Assembly: GCA_964645485.1 (NCBI GenBank)
Contig: CAZXZO010000004.1
Span: 14,740-78,739 of the forward strand
Source: an uncultured Candidatus Poseidoniales archaeon
GTDB taxonomy: Archaea; Thermoplasmatota; Poseidoniia; Poseidoniales; Thalassarchaeaceae
Reading direction: 5' to 3'
DNA: 64,000 nt
Every line of letters starts with the position of its first letter. Positions within the stretch are counted from its first letter, which is position 1. Position numbers and translations under genes: made by a program. Below, one piece after another: positions 60,498-64,000 of the stretch. The notes under the pieces are model-generated. The model made no database searches and had not been told where the DNA came from. It saw only the letters and a list, made by a program, of their open reading frames with translations.

Positions 60498-63155
60498 CTA
60501 CTTTGATTCATCTTTTCTTTCAGAATCAAAATCAATTGTTGAAATTTCAGGTATTCTTCTCAATTCCATTTCAACTTCTCTAGTGGATTTAGTCGCAGGG
60601 TCTTGCCACAAAGGTTGCTGTTTCATACCGTTTTCACTCACCTTTGAATTTCTTAAAATAGATCCAATTGTCAACGTGATTCCAATGATGAAGAGAATTC
60701 CTAAAAGATAATCCACGGTTGTAGAGGTTTGCCAAGATTCGGGTTCAATCGCATTTTCGTTACTGTCATCAACAGGTGTGGTTGTGGTTTCATCTGCAGT
60801 TGTGTTTTCCTGCTCCTCGATTTCAATAGGCTTTAGTGGCCATTGTAAGTTAACTTGTTTTTCAGCCCAGGAAGATAGATGTTCGATTCTGATAACAGCA
60901 TCAAATTCCCCAATTTGTGGATCAACTGTCAAATCAAATTCTCCTGAACTTTGGTTTTCCAATTTTTCAGAAAGGATAATTGTTGTGAATAAACAATCGG
61001 ATTCGCAACTGAGATTAACCCTCATAATTGCAGAGTCGTCATGACTTTGTGGCCAATGTATCACGTTAATTTCAACCGACATGCTTGGGCAACCTCTGAT
61101 TGAACCAGAAGAAAATGGGCATTCGTCAAGTGCATCGTTTCTCCCATCAAAATCACTGTCTAGTTGGCTAGGAGAACATCCTTCTAGATTTGCACTTTCA
61201 TCAATAGGAGTCAAGTCACATATGTCTAGCAAATCATTGACACCATCAAAATCTGTATCTAATTGAGAAAGAGCGCAGCCAACAGAATCAACAGTAGTAT
61301 TTCTCGGGGTATTAGGGCACTGGTCAAGTAATTCACTCACTCCATCTTTATCGCTGTCAATTTGAGATAGTGAGCAACCCGTTTGGTTTACTTCAACACC
61401 TAGTTCTGTATATGGGCAGGTATCGATATGGTTTTTCACTCCATCCCAATCGCTGTCTATTTGATTCTCTGCACATCCTACCGTATTCACACTCCAATTA
61501 GAATCCGTGTTGGGACAAGAGTCGCCATCGTCCGTGATACCATCTTCGTCAGTATCTTTTTGATAATCAGCGCATCCAAAATCATCTACCTCAATTCCAA
61601 CTGGGAATGTGTTTGGGCAGATATCTTCAGCATCATTGACACCATCATCGTCACTATCTTTTTGATAGTCTGAACAACCATTTTCATCTACAGTAGTATT
61701 GAGGGTTGTACCAGGGCACTGGTCAATCAAATCATTGACATTGTCAAAGTCACTATCAAGGTCTACTAATCTACATCCAAAGTGGTTTACAAGATCACCA
61801 ATTGGCGTAAAATCACAGTTGTCAGCACTATCTTCAATCCCGTCTCCATCAGTGTCGGGCGTGCCAATTTGTTCATGGACATACTGTCCCATCAGGAGAT
61901 GAGCAGTCCCCGTGGGGTGTATATTGTCAAAGAAAAAGAATTCTTCAACATTTGGCTCGATATAATCATTTGAGTCACATGAGATTCCATCATGATGACA
62001 TGCCGAATGAGTTACGTTTGTTATTCCATAGAATGAACCATTCCAATAGATTGTTTCAAACATTGGAAATACATCAATTACTTGAATACTAATATTCAGG
62101 GCGCTTTCTCTTGCACTCATTGCAACGTCAAGTTTGGCATTGAAATCAATTATTCTGTTATACATCGATTGTTTATCGCTGGCTGATTCCTCGGAATAAG
62201 TAGGGGTTTTATCAAGCGGTGGCAAATTTAACACAATAAGGTCAGATGCACCATTTGAGGCTAGTACATTCACATGGTCGATGATGTAATTCACAACTTT
62301 CTGAGTATCTGATTCACCACTGTTCAAAAAATTATTTCCTCCACCCCATAATGCTACTTTTTCATTAGGCCCAATCCAATTGTTGTTAGTATAATCTTCA
62401 ATCTGTTTTCCAAGGTTAGGGATTACAAAGTAGTTCATTCCCTCACCAACTTCCGCTCCACCAAATGCTCGGTTGGACCCAGGGTTACTCCCTCTTCCCG
62501 GTGTGATTGTTAGACCCATTTTGGCAGCGACGTGTTCATTCCACATGAGACCTGTAGAGAACCTTCCATTGTAGTAGGGTGGAGACTCTGGTGTGCCGAA
62601 GGCTGCTTTTGAATTGCCCATATCGCTCAATGAGTCACCGAATATTAGAAAATCTGAGTGTGAGGGTGTAATTACTGTTTGAAAAATGACAAATTGGACT
62701 TCTGTTGAATCTAGGATTTGGGTGTGATTTTGGTCCCATAATGATACATTCAAAGTATATTCGTAGGAACCATTCCAAATTTCAAAAGCCGGTTTGAAAA
62801 ATGCAATTGAGCCATTTTCTGTTTGGAATCCAGTTCCATTGGCTGAGAATATTAGAGTTCCGTTATTGCTATATCCCTCATAAAATGTGTAATCATATTG
62901 ATACAGATTACTCGAAGAATTGTCAACTCCTGACCATGTGATATTCCAACTGACATATTCACCTGTCTCAAATGCGTGAACATTTGGGAGTGAACCAAAA
63001 CTTGCCATTTCGATTGAAATGTTTTCATTTCCTGTGATCGATTTTCCCGGTCCCGCTGAGGTCGTGAAGCCAGTCAAAGGCAAGATTAGCACTATGGTGA
63101 GGAACATTGCCCAAAATCTCAGATGAGAACTACCTGACTCTGCCACGCTCACCAT
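60498..63155 (-). CDS. membrane-anchored SGNH/GDSL esterase-lipase with thrombospondin type-3-like Ca-binding repeats
   Basis: FGDSLSD (block I), GRFSTG, AFGGA, GGGNNF, FDNIHPT (block V); about 9 DxDxDGxxDxxDxCP repeats; C-terminal TM. Confidence 0.9.
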   Translation of the reverse strand: MVSVAESGSSHLRFWAMFLTIVLILPLTGFTTSAGPGKSITGNENISIEMASFGSLPNVHAFETGEYVSWNITWSGVDNSSSNLYQYDYTFYEGYSNNGTLIFSANGTGFQTENGSIAFFKPAFEIWNGSYEYTLNVSLWDQNHTQILDSTEVQFVIFQTVITPSHSDFLIFGDSLSDMGNSKAAFGTPESPPYYNGRFSTGLMWNEHVAAKMGLTITPGRGSNPGSNRAFGGAEVGEGMNYFVIPNLGKQIEDYTNNNWIGPNEKVALWGGGNNFLNSGESDTQKVVNYIIDHVNVLASNGASDLIVLNLPPLDKTPTYSEESASDKQSMYNRIIDFNAKLDVAMSARESALNISIQVIDVFPMFETIYWNGSFYGITNVTHSACHHDGISCDSNDYIEPNVEEFFFFDNIHPTGTAHLLMGQYVHEQIGTPDTDGDGIEDSADNCDFTPIGDLVNHFGCRLVDLDSDFDNVNDLIDQCPGTTLNTTVDENGCSDYQKDSDDDGVNDAEDICPNTFPVGIEVDDFGCADYQKDTDEDGITDDGDSCPNTDSNWSVNTVGCAENQIDSDWDGVKNHIDTCPYTELGVEVNQTGCSLSQIDSDKDGVSELLDQCPNTPRNTTVDSVGCALSQLDTDFDGVNDLLDICDLTPIDESANLEGCSPSQLDSDFDGRNDALDECPFSSGSIRGCPSMSVEINVIHWPQSHDDSAIMRVNLSCESDCLFTTIILSEKLENQSSGEFDLTVDPQIGEFDAVIRIEHLSSWAEKQVNLQWPLKPIEIEEQENTTADETTTTPVDDSNENAIEPESWQTSTTVDYLLGILFIIGITLTIGSILRNSKVSENGMKQQPLWQDPATKSTREVEMELRRIPEISTIDFDSERKDESK

Positions 63156-63191
63156 AGGTGAGCGGATGAAGTTTAAATTGTCGCTTTACTG

Positions 63192-64000
63192 TCAGCCTGT
63201 TAATTCAGCATCCATAGTCGCATCCGAAAGTGTTGCAACATTGTCATAATCCTGCCAATCTCCTTCACCCTTGATGAAAGAAGTAATTTGACGATAAGCA
63301 ACTATCAAGGCTGGTAAAAGGATTGAACTAGTTATCAAAGCAAGGAATATCAGAATCATCATCAGGGTGAAGAAGTTGCGTAAACCAGGTATTGCTAATG
63401 TCAAGCCAGCAGCCAATCCTGCAGAAGTCGTCATAGTTGTCTCAAAGATGGTTTGGCCAGTCCGAGCTACCGCTTTTACGATTCCACCAGGGGTTTCACC
63501 CTCTTCCCTGATGCGGTCCATCACATGGATAGAATCATCAACTCCGACTCCAAATACAATTGTGCTAATCATTGCCGTGAAGACATTGACATTCACATCG
63601 CCACCGCGCATCAAAAGTGGTTGCCAAAGAACGACGACGCCAACAGCAGTCATGGTAAAGAATGCAAGACGGGGACTCCTAAACAGAATTGTCATTGTGA
63701 ATAATAAAACAATCATCGTAGCAATTGTTGCATCCATTTGAGCGTTATGTACTCCTTTATTTATGTCGAGTGAGACAGGCAAGCCACCAGTCAAGAGTGA
63801 GTTTTTCACACCCTCAACACCTAGTGCATTACAAGATAAAGCATCATCACACCCACCCTCCGAAAGATAAGAATCTAGTTGGTCTCTTAATTCTCCAGCA
63901 ATTCCGAGTGAAATGTATGGCTGATTTACATATACTAATGTTTTAGTTTCACCCAAATTAGCCACTGGTTCGTTCATTAGCATTGAACGGATTTCGTAGG
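63192..64000 (-). CDS. MMPL/RND-family transporter, C-terminal part (5' end outside the window)
   Basis: TGG.P, FGVGVDDSIH, TGQTIFETTMTT, multiple TM helices; frame open to the window edge. Confidence 0.88.
   Translation of the reverse strand, partial: YEIRSMLMNEPVANLGETKTLVYVNQPYISLGIAGELRDQLDSYLSEGGCDDALSCNALGVEGVKNSLLTGGLPVSLDINKGVHNAQMDATIATMIVLLFTMTILFRSPRLAFFTMTAVGVVVLWQPLLMRGGDVNVNVFTAMISTIVFGVGVDDSIHVMDRIREEGETPGGIVKAVARTGQTIFETTMTTSAGLAAGLTLAIPGLRNFFTLMMILIFLALITSSILLPALIVAYRQITSFIKGEGDWQDYDNVATLSDATMDAELTG

Noticed and set aside
1-64000. CRISPR arrays, rRNA, IS/transposases, tRNA introns, selenocysteine or readthrough recoding
   Set aside because: No repeat-spacer arrays, rRNA signatures, transposase ORFs, BHB introns or in-frame stop-split genes were seen by eye.

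Overview
Archaeal chromosomal segment. Gene content and style point to Marine Group II / Candidatus Poseidoniales (Thermoplasmatota); this is inferred from the unsplit rpoB, long rpoA'', AsnRS, bacterial-type thyA-folA and plsC, and many single-pass surface proteins. The window is mostly housekeeping: a three-gene glutamate synthase-like operon, the RNA polymerase operon (rpoH-B-A1-A2-rpl30e), purP, pdxS, thyA-folA, trpS, sepF-ZPR1, psmB-aCPSF1, asnS, carbamate kinase, rpiA, three tRNAs (Lys-TTT, Pro-TGG, Lys-CTT) and RNase P RNA. Accessory material: an AT-rich islet encoding a metzincin-like protein, an Hpy99I-like restriction-modification pair, and a 32-bp tRNA-Pro 3' duplication. The most striking observations are: (i) a homologous ~60-aa N-terminal domain on both Rpo5 and Rpo1C, plus a ~135-aa Cys4 insertion in the Rpo1N dock; (ii) four COG1340-like coiled-coil paralogues with heptad-phased His residues, clustered with a Roadblock protein, a KaiC-like ATPase, a Zn-ribbon membrane protein and a DtxR regulator; (iii) a HemK-biotin ligase fusion; (iv) apparent pseudo-enzymes (PvlArgDC without its Ser-Ser site, a degenerate GT2, a degenerate GltB barrel). 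Family assignments come from motif reading and recall, not database searches.
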